A DNA stretch of 64,000 bases from Felis catus (GCF_018350175.1 NC_058368.1:235168001-235232000), one strand, 5' to 3'. Shown: positions 20,138 through 33,009, numbered from the stretch's first letter. Translations and numbers: made by a program. The notes: generated by a model not told the origin, from the sequence alone.

Positions 20138-21895
20138 GATGTCGTGCTTTCAAAGGATGAGGCTGGGCACTTCTCATCCAAGGGGAGAGGGAGCACCGAG
20201 CTCCGTATCAGAAGCACGGGGCGGCCTTGGGCAAACGTGTCCACGGTCCGCGGGGTCTCCCCAGCTGTGCCCCTGAAGACCACCGTGACCTGAGATATAA
20301 AACATAACAGGTGACTGACATCAGATCTCCTGTCCAGAATCATGGAGATGACAGTATTTGCCACCCACACTCCCCCTGAGGATACAGGAGGAATTAACAA
20401 GACAGTTTGTGCAATGGCGGTTCCTTCCGTGGCTCAGGGCAATGCTGCTTAAAACGGAAGAACTGGTGCCAGACATTGCCAGGGGTCCATCCATGCTGTG
20501 CTCGCTCCGGGTTATGGCTCTACCCTTAGTTGTGCTAATCTCTGGGAACATAGGGGAGAAATGGCCCGTCTTTATCCATCCCGATGAGAAGCCATTTGCA
20601 CAAGATCAATGAGTCCTGCTGAGCCAAAACAGTACCAAGATGCACCAAATAAGCCTTCTTTGGAGGGTCCTTAAATAGCCTGAGTTTGTGTTCTGGGAAG
20701 CACTGGTCTGCCTTGGGCTCCCCTGTCCCACACATGTCCCCTACTGTGCGTCAGAACGAGGGACTTTAGAAAAAGAGAAAGAGAGGGCTTTCGTCCATCC
20801 AGTCTGGCCAGCGCAGGCAGGCAATGGTGACAAGCACAGAATCCAGGTAAAAACACTGTACTCACAACTTCACAGAGTCCCCTGTCCCCTCGCCTACCTT
20901 TCCGCCAGGACAAGCCTCTATTTTAGAGAAAATAGGGAGCCACGACTGGGAAAGATTATTGACTTTTGGTTTAGTGATTGGTTAACTATTGGGCTCTTTA
21001 GGTGTTTCGGGGCAGGGAGAAACATAACTGTCTGATGAAATGATCATGGAGCCCAGTCTACAGGAGAGGAAAAGGTGGGGAGCGGACCAGATACACAGGC
21101 GCATACAGGGTTCTCTGTGCCCCTGATGTCACAAGCTCTCCCGCCTTTGGGGAAAAGAGAATCAGAATCCCTGGGAGGAGGCATATGAACTCCAAGCCCC
21201 AAGTTTTCCAACTGGAAAGGAAATGGCACGTGCTCATACCTCCAGCCACAGAAATTCTAATTTACAAGTCAGCAGGTCCTGCTGAGGCAGACCATATACA
21301 TCCCCAGGCGCAGTGAGTTTGCAGTGATCCCCTCTGGTCTTATGCCTTATCTCGAGGTGACATGCCTGATTACCGAGGACTTTGTCCAGGTCAGGTGCCA
21401 CGCAGAGTGCTCAGTGCACGCTGTCTCATGCGTGCATTGTGGAGACCCAGACGCAGAGATGCATGGCTCACAAGGGCTGTAGTGGGGGTTGAATCGGACC
21501 CATGTGATTCTAACAACCAAGTAAACTCTTCCAGACTGCCTGTAGATGGATGGGGAGGCGGGCTCAGGTTGTTTGCTTCCTCTGAGATCAGGAGCTGCAA
21601 CCTTCTTCCTTCGTCAGCTTCTGCTCTCTGTCCGAGTTTCTGCCCTGACTTTATTTGCACCTTACACTTCTGACCTCAATCAACCCCTTCCTCTTATAAT
21701 TAGGTCCCAAGTCTCACCAACGTTCTCCAAGGTTATATTTGCACTAATTTACTGAGGTCAGTTCTCCTTATGAGGGTGGTATGATTTTTTTTTCCCCTGA
21801 GAAGAACTTTATGGTTAACTCTAATTAGAAAGAAATACATGCTTATTGTAAAAACATTTTGGAAAATATACACAAAGAATAAAGAGAATAAAATT

Positions 21896-22020
21896 CACAC
21901 ACACATACATACACTCTCATGTTCACATACACATACACACACACACACTCACTTAAACACACCCACGTGCACTCTCACACTCACATCCACACTCATACAG
22001 TGACAGACATACACACTCAG
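21896..22020. repeat. Degenerate (CA)n tract
   Basis: Read directly. Confidence 0.85.
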
Positions 22021-22079
22021 GCATAGTTATGAACGGGATCATGTCCTAATCTTGTGTTGGTGTCGGTCTTTAGTCCATT

Positions 22080-22315
22080 CTTTCTTTTTTTGTAAATTCT
22101 TTTAATCTTTATTTATTTTTGAGAGAAAGAGAGAGACAGAGTGCAAGCAAGGGAGAGGCAGAGACAGAGGGAGACACAGAATCAGAGGCAGGCTCCAGGC
22201 TTCAAGCTGTCAGCACAGAGCCTGACACAGGGCTCAAACTCACAAACGGTGAGATCATGACCTGAGCCAAAAGCAGGAGTCAGATGTTCAACCGACCGAG
22301 CCACCCAGGCACCCC
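22080..22315 (-). mobile_element. Can-SINE
   Basis: Full antisense body ending GAGCCACCCAGGCACCCC. Confidence 0.94.
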
Positions 22316-22899
22316 TCTACTGAAAAGAGCATTAGCCCTATTCCTCTAAGACAGTGATATACTGCAAGTGTTTCCCCGGGTTTTTCGAGCATTTTCTGAT
22401 TTGTTTATGGCGAGGCTCTCACTTCTAGTCTGGATGGAGTACCGGGCACTGGATTTACTGTCCAGCCTGAGGGGAAGAGTATATTAAGAACGGTTTTTAA
22501 ATCCTGGACCTGAGGCAACCCAGAGCGGGGATGTCCATGAAACAGAACGTAAACGGGGTGAGCCCTGCGATGGCTCAGTTTCTGCACCGAGACGGTAGTG
22601 CAGGGTGGGGACCCAGGCAGAGCCCTAGCCAGGGAGACTGGGGAGCTCAAGCAAGCCAGGACTGCTGGAGTTTGTGGGCAGCACACCGCGGAGGGCAGAA
22701 CTGGAGGTCTGCAGAGGGTCGGCTCCGTCAGTCGAAGAGCGATCAGCACTTGTGTGTGAGGAAACTACCAGAAAGAAAGGGCAAAGGATCTCCAGGACCC
22801 GGGAAAACACACCCAGGTCTCTCACAGGCTGGGTACCAGCCGGAGGGGGACATTTCATCGTTCACGGGACATCTGTCAGAGCACTGAGAAGGGCCACGC

Positions 22900-23897
22900 T
22901 AAGCACAGGGGAGGGAAATCAACCCCGGACTAAGCGTCGTGCTGGTCGCCACGAAGTCAGCTTCTAGTCAAGCCCCCAAAAGGGACACGCTGGGCCTGGC
23001 TACCTCTATGTCTCCAAGAACACGGGTCAAGAGTACTTACGAGGAGGCAAAACGAGCCGGCACCCAAGGTGAAATTTCCACCTGGCATCCAATCAAAAAG
23101 CAGCAAGCCTGCAAAGAAGTAGGACAATACAAATCGCGAGGAGAGAAGTCAGCCAGAAAGGCACAGATAACAGAGTCGGTGGACACAGATAGTCGGGGTA
23201 GTTGTGTGACTGTGCACCATATGGCTGGAGCCTAAGGGAATGATTGAGCAAGTTGAGGAGAGGCAGGAAGTTATTAAAAACACCCCAATCAAGCCTCTGA
23301 ATATTTTCCAACGTTGATGAAAACCGCAAACCCACAGATCCAAGAAGCAAATTTTAAAAGCAGCCAGAGGGAATAAGGCGCTTTATGTACAGAGGCACAA
23401 CAACAAAAAAGGCTGACAGATTTCCTTTCAGAAACTGTAAAGTGGAAAGCAGAGGGAAGCATCTCTCAAGTTCTAAAAGAAAATTGTCAACTTCGAATTC
23501 TTTACTCCCTGGAAATACCTTGCAAAAATTGTCGAGAAATAAGGGCTTTTTCAGATACGCACACCCTGAATGAAGGCATCACCAGAAAACTCAAACGTTG
23601 CCCTTCAAGCAAAGAAAAACGAGGCCACCTGGGAACCTGGGTCTACACAAAGGCGCGAACATCAGAAATGGTAATGACGTGGGTAAATACAACGATTATT
23701 GTCTTATTTATTAGTTACGTCTCTCAACAAGATGACTGATTACTTAAAGGAAAAGTGGGTACAGTGTACTGTGGGGGTTATAACATTATGTAGACGTAGA
23801 ATCTATCCAAAGACAGCTCAGACTCCAGTAGAGGAGAAACCGAAGGGTTCTGTGTAAGGCAGTGCCGGGTTACTTCAACTTTGACACCAGGTAAACT
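22900..23897 (+). mobile_element. Ancient L1M 5' region/ORF1 remnant
   Basis: TTTTCCAACGTTGATGAAAAC...CCCACAGATCCAAGAAGC...TTAAAAGCAGCCAGAG...CAGATTTCCTTTCAGAAAC resemble L1M ORF1; it may extend upstream to ~22330. Confidence 0.7.
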
Positions 23898-23899
23898 AT

Positions 23900-24950
23900 G
23901 CTCCTTTCTCTTTTCGTTCTTGCCTCATTTCAAATTAAGCAAATATTTCATTATGTTTTCCTCTAGTGTCGTGTCAGTTACATATTCTTTTAGCCGCAAC
24001 CCAAAGGCTAAACTAGGCATGCCTGGCTTACATAATTTAATTCAGATCATTACTGTCACTGCTTTCCTGGTATGGGAATTCAGGGCTAAGAATTTAGCGA
24101 TCCGCTCACTTTCCCAACATTCCGTGTTATTGCTGTCCTGCGTTTCGATTACACGTGGGTTTTATCCCATCAGATTGCATTATTCTCGATTATACCATCG
24201 GTACTCATTTATATGTTTATTATTCTCCTAATTCACCCTTACGATTCTTCTGCATTTCTTTCTGAACTTCCCAGCTTCCATCTGTGATGAGTGTCCTTCT
24301 GCGAAGAACTGCCTTTAGAATTTCTTTTAGTGAATATCTGCAGGTAATTACTTCTCTTTGTTTTGTTGACATGAACGTGTATTTACTTGGCCTCCTTTTT
24401 AAAGGGTGTGATCACCTGGTAGATGATTCTATGTTGGCATTTTATTTCAGCGCTTCCAAGATACAGATGTGTTTCCATTGTCTTCTGGCTCCAAATACTC
24501 CCGTTGAAAGTCAGCTTTTAGTTGTACTGTTGTTCCTGTGAACGTGTCTTATTTTTCGCTTCTGGCAGCTTGTTACGTCCTGTCCTTGCCTTTTTTTTTT
24601 TTTTGTTGTTAACTATGATACATCCAGATGTTTGGTTGTTTTGTTTCTTTTGCTTTGGTTTTCATTTTGATGTTTTGGTGGAGATTCTTAAATCTGTGGG
24701 CTGGTGTATTTTATCAGTTTGAGAACAAATAATGCTTCCTCCCCTTTTACAAATGCTTTTCTGGGATCTCAATTATATATTGAATAAATCCTTAAAAGAT
24801 TGTTATAGTCCTCCTGTGCTCTTTCTTGCATTTTATGTTTTTTCCTCCCTTTCTAGCAATCATTTTAAGATACCTTTTGTTGTTCCCAAACCAGCAATAA
24901 CACTTAAATGTAGAGATACGTATGGAGTTTGAGTGTCTTCATTCAAGCAC
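23900..24950 (-). mobile_element. Ancient L1ME/HAL1-type ORF1 remnant
   Basis: T-rich; CCTTTAGAATTTCTTTTAGTG...TTCCATTGTCTTCTGGCTCC...GTTGAAAGTCAGCT is typical antisense ORF1. Confidence 0.65.
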
Positions 24951-25309
24951 ACGATCTTCTACTGGTCGTTAAATGAAGTGCCTCCCTCCCTTCGTCTCCT
25001 TTGCTGTTGGGGAAGGCATTGGTGCGTCATATGTTTCTGTGCCCCCCGTGTCTTTCTACGAATCTTTGTGTCACCTCTTGCTCCCTCTGCTCCCTGGAAG
25101 TAATTTTCAGTGTTTCCCCACCCAGCTGGGCTTCCTCCCCTAGACCATGTCTCCCTTCTTCTCTTTCGACAAAGCATCAGGACAGGTTCCAGGGTTCGTG
25201 TCCTGAATCTGGCTGTTTATGTAAAGTCTGTAGCGTTCCTATATTCTAAGTATACCATAGGCATGTGTTATGAGTGATGTTGTTTGATTTTCTTGTGGAA
25301 TTGTATTAT

Positions 25310-25552
25310 TTTATTTGTTTTTGTTTTTTGTTTTTTGAGAGAGAGAGATGGAGAGGGACAGAGAGAGAGGGAGAGAGAGAAACAGACAGAGCATGGGTTG
25401 GTGGGGGGGGGGGCAGAAAGAGAGGGAGACACAGAATCCAAAGTGGGCTCCAGGCTCTGAGTTTTCAACATGGAGTCCCACGCAGGGCTCAAACTCACAA
25501 ACCATCTGCGCTGAAGTCAGACACTCAACCGACTGAGCCACCCAGGTGCCCC
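25310..25552 (-). mobile_element. Can-SINE
   Basis: Antisense body ending GACTGAGCCACCCAGGTGCCCC. Confidence 0.93.
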
Positions 25553-25869
25553 CGTGTTATTCTGTCTGAAAGTGTATGGACAGATTTGGATTTCCCTGCC
25601 ACCAACCTTCTATGGGCTCTCTTCAACCAGACATTCAAGGTGGTGGTTGGGATTTATATCAAATAGAAATATCCAAACTTATTTATGTGCGAATATTCCT
25701 TTTATAAAGTATTGCTGTTTCATTCTTCTGATTGTTACTATGTTTTTGATCTCAAAAGAACATGCATCCTTCTCCCTCAAAACTCTCTAGTCAAGGGCGA
25801 GTCACTGGTCAACAGCCTGTGTTTTGTGCACCCTTTTCTCAAACACAACTCCCTATACATGATCCACAC

Positions 25870-26060
25870 CTCAGACTCAGGTATGCATTCTAATCTCAAT
25901 TTGTGGAACAGCTTGTTTAAATGCTAATTCTTGGGCTGTATCTGCAGAGATTATGATTCAGGGAGGCTGTTGTGGGCGCCGAGAATGTCTGAATTTCTAA
26001 TGAGCATCCCACATGGTTCTGACTCAGGCAGCCCTGGGACCGTCTTTCTAAAAGCAACTG
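25870..26060. mobile_element. MER5-like hAT-Charlie DNA transposon remnant
   Basis: GCTTGTTTAAATGC...CAGAGATTATGATTCAG...GAATTTCTAATGAGCATCCCA...GGGACC...AAGCAACTG. Confidence 0.7.
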
Positions 26061-26249
26061 ACACGGACGTAATGCATGGGCCCATCATCAGGGAGGGAAG
26101 ATCCCAGCTGGATGAGATTTGGGCCGGGGCTGCTGAGAAAATCTCACGGCAGCCAAATAGGCAAGAAGGCTGAGGGCATTGACAAGGAGCTATATGTTCA
26201 GAAGCATAATTTTGCAGACACCTAGTTCTCCAAGGAACATAGGCAGGTT

Positions 26250-26252
<3 letters not shown>

Positions 26253-26306
<54 letters not shown>
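26253..26306. repeat. (TA)27 microsatellite
   Basis: Perfect run counted directly. Confidence 0.97.
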
Positions 26307-26309
<3 letters not shown>

Positions 26310-26939
26310 TTACAACATATCATCTCTTTTCTTGAAGGTCATAACCCATGGTTGAAAGGCACTCACCCAGAACCCAGGTATAATGTTGATGACAGGTGGG
26401 CACAGACACAGGAGAAACAATAGGAGAAAATCACTAAATCAGAGACTGAGGATTGGAACAGAGTTAATATCAAGTCCAGTCAAGTTCTCCTGACTAGCAA
26501 GGTTTGGTCGGAAGCCAAGAATGTCCTTGAGACCCAGGACAGAAGAGACTCCCTCTGTAGCTGCAGAGAGAATGTCCAAGGAGGACATGATAGCTTTCTC
26601 TAGAAATAAAGAAAGAATTCTTTCTAACCCCTTTGTCTTTGCAAAAGGATGGTCCTTTCGTAACCTTCTGGTATTGCCATTAAACTTCAAAACAGGAATG
26701 ACCAAAAATGTTTGTGTAGAGATAGGAAATGTCAGGAAAAAAAACAAAAACAAAAAAAAAACAAAATGGGCTGGTTATCCTGAGTGGGAGAAACACCTTG
26801 TGAGCAAAAATATTCCTCCTTGGAGAGCAAAGAATTCCATGCCTTCCTTTCTTATTCCACAGAAATGAAATCTGTGTGGGTCGGCCAGATGTTCCAGTTT
26901 TCCAAGCTCCTGCCTCTAGACCCTGAGCCTGTTATTATC

Positions 26940-27470
26940 AGTGCAGTGTGTCCGAAACTTTCTGTCCACTCTACACAGTTCCATTAGTGAGTGTGCTAAT
27001 TTCACTTATCCACTGGAGATTGCACAGCATTGCCTAAGACCAGGGTCTTGCCTACTAGGCATGGGATGGGGGGCTTAACAGTTTTGCGGATCGTTAATAA
27101 AACCAATAGCCCTTAAAAGGCACTGCTACTATCTGGGGAAAAAAATTACAAAAAAAGTAACTTCATTGGCAGTTGATGAAAATCTCTCAAGCTTTTGCCA
27201 TTTATGTGTAATGTGAAGTGTGCTTGCTAAATCAATCAGGGTCTTTTAAAGAGAAATGAAGGAATTATGCCCACGTTATTTGACCACATTTGTAAAACAG
27301 CTCATGGACCTCTGTTTGTTCATTCACTTTACCAAGAAGCTAAATTTTACATACATAGCTCTTAGGTTTGGGGGAAAGTTTTCACCTTAGAACTGAATTT
27401 CCTAAGTTCCAGGGACAATTTTGATTTAACTCAAATTAGCTTTTATTGCATTACGATGTCACCTTTCGTC
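26940..27470. promoter_or_regulatory. Candidate conserved enhancer-like element
   Basis: Repeat-free, complex AT-rich sequence with PBX-type ATCAATCA (27231-27238), RUNX-type ACCACA and FOX-type TGTTTG. Confidence 0.35.
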
Positions 27471-27530
27471 TTCCCTCGGTCATTTCTCTCCGGGATTTGA
27501 TTCCCTTTCTTTACAAAGGAACTTTTCTCT

Positions 27531-27591
27531 AAAAAAAAAAAAACCCAAACAAACAAAAAACAAAAAACAAAACAAAACAAAACAAAAAAAC
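27531..27591. repeat. A-rich (CAAAA)n tract
   Basis: Read directly. Confidence 0.9.
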
Positions 27592-27689
27592 AGGGTCAAA
27601 ATTTTCGATCAGTAGGAAAATCTAAACTTTACTTAATTGCACCCCAGCTATTGTTACAGCTCGGTGATAGAATGAAAAAACAGCAGAGT

Positions 27690-28250
27690 TAGTTATTTAT
27701 AGTGCAAAAACCTCCACATGCTCTGAATATTTTAATGAGTTACTCCTCCCAGAGGCAGTATAAGATTGTATTTTCTTTTTGATGCTTCAAATACAGAAAA
27801 GGGCAGTGTGTCCCAGGGAGGACAAGAGACCTGAGCCCAAATCCGGGGGACCTGCGTTCACAGTTCTTCATCTCTGAGTCTTGAGATTAACTTCCTGGCA
27901 TGTTGGTTCCTGGAGAAGATAATAGCTCTGAACGTTGTCACTGTTCAAGACAAATTAGGCCCAGCTTAGTCCCAGTTTCAGCTATAAAAAGCTGACAGCA
28001 AGCAGTATTTGTATGCGGTTAACTAGTAATTTTCGTAATGCTGCTTTGCATTACTATTCAGGGCGCTATAATTAATACCATTGTGGTATATTAGTTTTAA
28101 CTCATATCTCACTTCAAGCAAAAACTTGGCAGCCATATTAGGAGTATAAAAATAAGGAAAGGGATAGACTATTTTTAGAAAGCCAAGAAATTTTAAATCA
28201 AATTCTGGAATGATTATGTAAAATATGTGCCAGCAGTCAAGACCACCAGA
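27690..28250. promoter_or_regulatory. Candidate SRF/MEF2 enhancer
   Basis: CArG CCATATTAGG (28133-28142), MEF2 CTATTTTTAG (28169-28178) and TTATTTATAG (27693-27702). Confidence 0.4.
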
Positions 28251-28574
28251 GCATTGTGAGCTCAGGGCGTCATTGCCCGCATACCTGAGCTCACTTGGAG
28301 GCCAAGACCAGTGGAAACAACCCGGGACAACAGCATGTAGACTAGACTTGTTTATGAGGGATACAGTTTCACAGACTGTCCAGATGAGCCCTGGGGGAGG
28401 TCCCTGAAAGGCCACTATTACCCAAAGACACAGGGTGTGTAGTGGGAGGAAGCCTGCACATTACTTAGTGAGCAATTTTCCACGTCATCTGTGTCTTTTT
28501 ACATAAGGAAAATGGAACGTGGAAAGGTTAAATGAATGATTAATGTATATAGGTGGGCGTGTGATTGGCTGGGA

Positions 28575-28640
28575 TGGAATCACCTAAAGCAACACCTGAC
28601 ACATGGTAGGCACTCAAAAATTATTGATGGAATGATTGGG
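28575..28640 (+). mobile_element. L2/MIR 3' end remnant
   Basis: CACCTAAAGCAACACCTGACACATGGTAGGCACTCAAAAATTATTGATGGAATGA. Confidence 0.65.
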
Positions 28641-29670
28641 AAGGAAATAAGTCCAGAAATCTCTAGAAAGACTGACTGGGTCTTTGTTATTTTCTGGAAT
28701 GCGCGAGAGGTCAGCCTCTCGTGGATTAGGCTAAGATTAAGGTAGGTTCTGAGGACAACCCAGTATCCAACTATGTCCAGATGCTCTTTGGTGGGAACCC
28801 AGATGTAGGCACAAACACAAAATTGGTGTCTATCTCCTTGGGTTTTTCCCAGCAACCATTGCTACTCCTAAAAATGTGCCGGAGGAGAGTAGGAGAGAGG
28901 ATGGGAGGGAGGGAAGGAGAGAGAGAGAATCATTCATTTGGCCTTCCACATTGCTCTGGCCAGCTGCATGCAGGCTTGTTGGGATGCCTGGCTGCCATTC
29001 TTAGCTGAGCCCCGTCCCAAATGTGATGTATGCTAAAATGGAGTAAAAATGAGAGACTGGAGCATTTTCATTTATGAAACCCAAGCACTCTTAAGAAGAA
29101 AGCATTTCTTTGTATCCACGGCAAAACACATCTTACCTAAACAACAGCCAAGCTTCATGTTTCTCTTGGCCAGATGGATTTTATGTAGCATCTGTGGATA
29201 ATTCTGTTAGTAGATATCGACCCCTCCATCTGGATGAAGCTTAATTATTACCAAATCTAGTTACAGAATGATAGAAAGACAAAGAGGACCAAAGGGAGAA
29301 AAGGGATAGTTCACGCCGCACATTTTTGAATTTCATTTTTTTTTTCAATAACGATATGGCTCAGTAAGAAAATAGAACCAGATTCAAACCAGGTGGATTA
29401 AGTGGAAGAGTCTTGAAACTAAACACAACATGACTTCTTCTTCCAAAGAACAACGTGTTATCTCTGAAGCAGGTGATATATTTGGTTGAGATTCTAGCAT
29501 TTTCCATGTGTGTCCAGAATGCATGAGACTCTTTCTGAACCCGTACTAAAAGATATTTTGTTTTTCAATGTGAAAAAGCTTTCTCTTTTTTTTTGTTTTG
29601 TTTTGTTTTTCTAAGCCAGGAATAAGTTCCCAAACCCTCAGTCGTGCCCGTTGTTAGAATACATTTGCTT

Positions 29671-29709
29671 CACACACACAAACACACACACACACACACA
29701 TGCACACAC
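29671..29709. repeat. Interrupted (CA)n
   Basis: Read directly. Confidence 0.9.
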
Positions 29710-29720
29710 TTCATTTACTT

Positions 29721-29927
29721 CATCTGATCAACCTTGCTGGTATTGACCTTTGGGGTCCGAGAGCTCTTTGTCGTGGGGATGTCCTGTGCCTTGTAGAATG
29801 TTTACCAGCGCCTGTTTCCCTGCCCACTGTGTGCCAGGATCACCCTCCAGTTGTGACGCCAAAAGTGTCTCCAAGCACTGCCAGCTGCCTCTGGGTGGCC
29901 AAATCTAGTCTGGCTGAGCACCCTTGC
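29721..29927. mobile_element. MER20 hAT-Charlie DNA transposon
   Basis: TATTGACCTTTGGGG...CTTTGTCGTGGGG...GTCCTGTGCCTTGTAGAATGTTTA...CCAGTTGTGACGCCAAAAGTGTCTCCA follow MER20 colinearly. Confidence 0.85.
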
Positions 29928-30204
29928 TCTAAACCAATGTTTGTAACAAGAGATCATTTAGATTCAAGCTCTCCCTCTGCTCCTGGGGAAACCTAAGGCC
30001 CCAAAGTCCCCGCTATGTCCGTGTCCCCCGCCCCAATGGCAGAGGGTTATCTCCAGCCCATTACGCAAACTTCTGGCCCATGACTTCATCCACCATGTTA
30101 TTACTAGAGTGATTCGTCACAGGCTGCTCCTGCTTTTCAGTCTCAAAAGTAAATCTCCAGAGGCCAACACTATATAAGAAATCATCGTATTTGAGTTGAT
30201 GTGA

Positions 30205-30445
30205 TCAGTGCTGTCATTCACCAAGAGCCACTGCCTTGATTCGGCCCCAGTACCGTGGGCCACGCGTTTACTGATAAACATATTCATAAATGTGTTCTCA
30301 CCACAGCATGCCGTGCAAAGCTGGTTACCCCAGACGCCAAGAAAACTGAGGATCAGAAAGGGGAGCAACTTGCCCAAGGGAACACGGGTCACAAATCCGA
30401 GCCGGACATCGAGGCTGCGTTCCAATGTCAAACCCTTGCTTTGCT
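30205..30445 (-). mobile_element. MIR (MIRb-like)
   Basis: AGAAAACTGAGGATCAGAAAGGGGAGCAACTTGCCCAAGGGAACAC is the antisense MIR core. Confidence 0.75.
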
Positions 30446-31301
30446 GTGCGTGTCGTGATGGTAAATGCTGTTATCTGTCCCAAGCCCTGCAGAGAGGGCC
30501 CTGGGCGGCACCCCTGGAATGCAGGCACTCTGGGAGCCCTGAGCTTTAGAACCCAGAGCAGAGCTTCAACTGGCGGTATTTTCCCTGCATTCGTCCCTAT
30601 GCTCCTCGTTGGGCTCAGACTTCTACTGCCTTAGAGAAGGTCGTTTTGATTTCGGGTACCCCCTTTCCTCCATACTCTATGCTCCTTAGAGGATTGTTGA
30701 GTACCCACTGATAACTGACAGGTGGAATCCCCCAGGCCCCCCAGATGTGCTGGGGAGGCAGGCATGACTGGGAAACCCAGGGGGCCTAGCTGCCCTTGAA
30801 CTGCCCACCCCCATGGCCCTGCAGGGAGAGAGACACAGGGTCAGGAGCTCAGGTCCCGGTGGCTCAGGGTCACAGGGAAACCCCAGGTTAGGAGGGCTCC
30901 CCATTCTGCCTCCAGTCTGCGGCATGCAGCATTGTCTCTCAGTCCTTTTTGCAGCCACTTAAAAAAAGAGAAGGAAAACTTTGCTGCTTTCCAGCTCTCT
31001 CCCGGGAGGCGCAGAGCCAGGCCCTAGATGGTGGAAAATAAACTCCCACACAAAGCATATGCTGTGTCTTCCTGTGGCGGCTGCGGGGCTGTGTTTTGAC
31101 ATTGTGTGCACACCAGGGAGAGAAAGAGCGAGCAGGGCAGAGCGGCGGGGCGCCCGGGGGACACTTCCCAAAGAGCCTGGACCACCCCGCCCCGCGCTTC
31201 ACCTCCCTGAGGTTGGGAAGGCCCTGCTGTCATCCCGGTGTCGGGGGCGGGGGGTGGTGAGTGCAGCCCTCACCCTTGCTTTCAGGGGATGCTTCAAGAT
31301 G

Positions 31302-31304
31302 CTC

Positions 31305-31376
<72 letters not shown>
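31302..31376. repeat. Compound (TC)n(AC)17 microsatellite
   Basis: Read directly. Confidence 0.96.
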
Positions 31377-31378
<2 letters not shown>

Positions 31379-32519
31379 CTAGATACTATATCACAGTACA
31401 CATGCCCTGCCCCTTGCCTGTCTAGGCAAAACTTTGAACCAACGACCAATGACCAAAGCATGTCACACACACTGTGCACCAAGATACACAAGACTAATAA
31501 AAAAGGAGTCAGGAACCAATGTGAGGAGAAGCCGTGCGGGACTTCCGAAAACAGTAAGACAGAACCAGACCCATGGCCTCTGCTGTCATGGGGGCTGGAG
31601 GGGGAGATCTGCCCGACCCCCTCGTCACGGGGCCCTGGACACTTGGTGATTCTGGGTCCCAGGAGATGTTGTGAACCAGAAGGCAGGAACTGCTCACTGG
31701 GATTTCTCCCCAGTGGATGCTTCCAACAGTCCGATCACAACTTTTAATTCCTTTCATGAGCAAAAAAAAAAACCTTCTTGTGTATGTGTCGGCATGAACT
31801 AGGAAAGAAAGGTCCACGGCCAACGCTGTGTCCGAACAGGTGTCACTGTTGAGGGAAATGAGCACATAACCCCAGGTCTAAGGTTCAGGTGAGAGATCCA
31901 GGGTGATCTCTCCCCTTCCCCTCTGATTCATCCGCTGATGTTTCAAGGTACGCTCCTTTCTTACATGACGGGTTTGCTCATATAAATGGCAGAGGTGGGC
32001 GGAGGGAAACAGAATAATGGGAGTTTAAAAATACAGTGTGACAAAATTATCGTGTAAGTCAAAAATGTGTCTGGGTGTAATTTAGGAGGAGAGTTTCACT
32101 TATACACACATTTCCAAAGTGCCTCTATTTTTAGACTGTCTTCACTGTGAAATGAAGCACCCTGGGTCCCCCAAGCATTGTTAAATACAAACGTTCCTAC
32201 AAAACTGAGAAAGTCACCATGGCCCATACTTGGGGAGAAGGGAAATCCCCCCAGAAGTGCCTTTCAAGGCTTCTCACCACCGAGTAGGACTCACTAAAAT
32301 GACAGAAACAGAGAAACTCAAAGTGAGTTTCGCATGTAGGCGAGAGAATGGGCTGGGTGAACTTTGATGCAAGATGGGGCTCAAGGGAAAATGTGGGTGA
32401 TGTCCCTGCCCTCTCTCTTGGTGGCTCAGGGCTCTGAGCATCCCTGTCCCCCTGGCTTGTTCCACAGCAAATGCATGCCACCCAAGCTTCCCGGCCCTCC
32501 GTGCTGCTCAGCAACCTTT

Positions 32520-32965
32520 AATCCACCCTGTACCGAATTTCTAGAACACTGTTCCCATGGATGCTGTGTACATCACCCTCCCGTACCCTCCCTCCCCCCA
32601 TCCACCATGGCCTCATCCTCCAACAGACTTGGGAGCTACTCCAAAGGAGCATTGGTAGGAATTATCTTGCTTCTCTTCAGCTGTAAACACGATTCTGTTC
32701 CCATCATCCTTCCTTTTCACCCATCTGGTCCCCTCTCTGCAAAGTCAAGTCCATCCTTCCAGGACTTGATGCAGCCAATTGTCCTCTTTCTCTCTTTAGT
32801 ATTTTCATCCTCTCTCTTAACAAAGAATCGATTCTCTTGCTTTGCAAATACGCTCAAGTCTTCACATCTTTTGAGTCAAAAGCCACTCTCTCATCTTTGG
32901 CATGGTCCTTGAGTTTTACCAGAAGCGGTTTATCACCAGCTGAAAGCTCTCTCCTTGACCCCACC
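32520..32965 (+). mobile_element. L2 internal remnant
   Basis: Pyrimidine-rich; CAAATACGCTCAAGTCTTCACATCTT resembles L2 ORF2. Confidence 0.45.
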
Positions 32966-33009
32966 TGCTGGCCCAGCCTCATCTTCATCCTCACGGTTAG
33001 TTACAAGAG

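Noticed and set aside
21269..21285. 8 bp inverted repeat TCAGCAGG-T-CCTGCTGA
   Set aside because: Short enough to occur by chance in 64 kb.
32364..32912. 182 aa ORF
   Set aside because: Pyrimidine-rich, overlaps a probable L2 remnant, and shows no recognisable protein.
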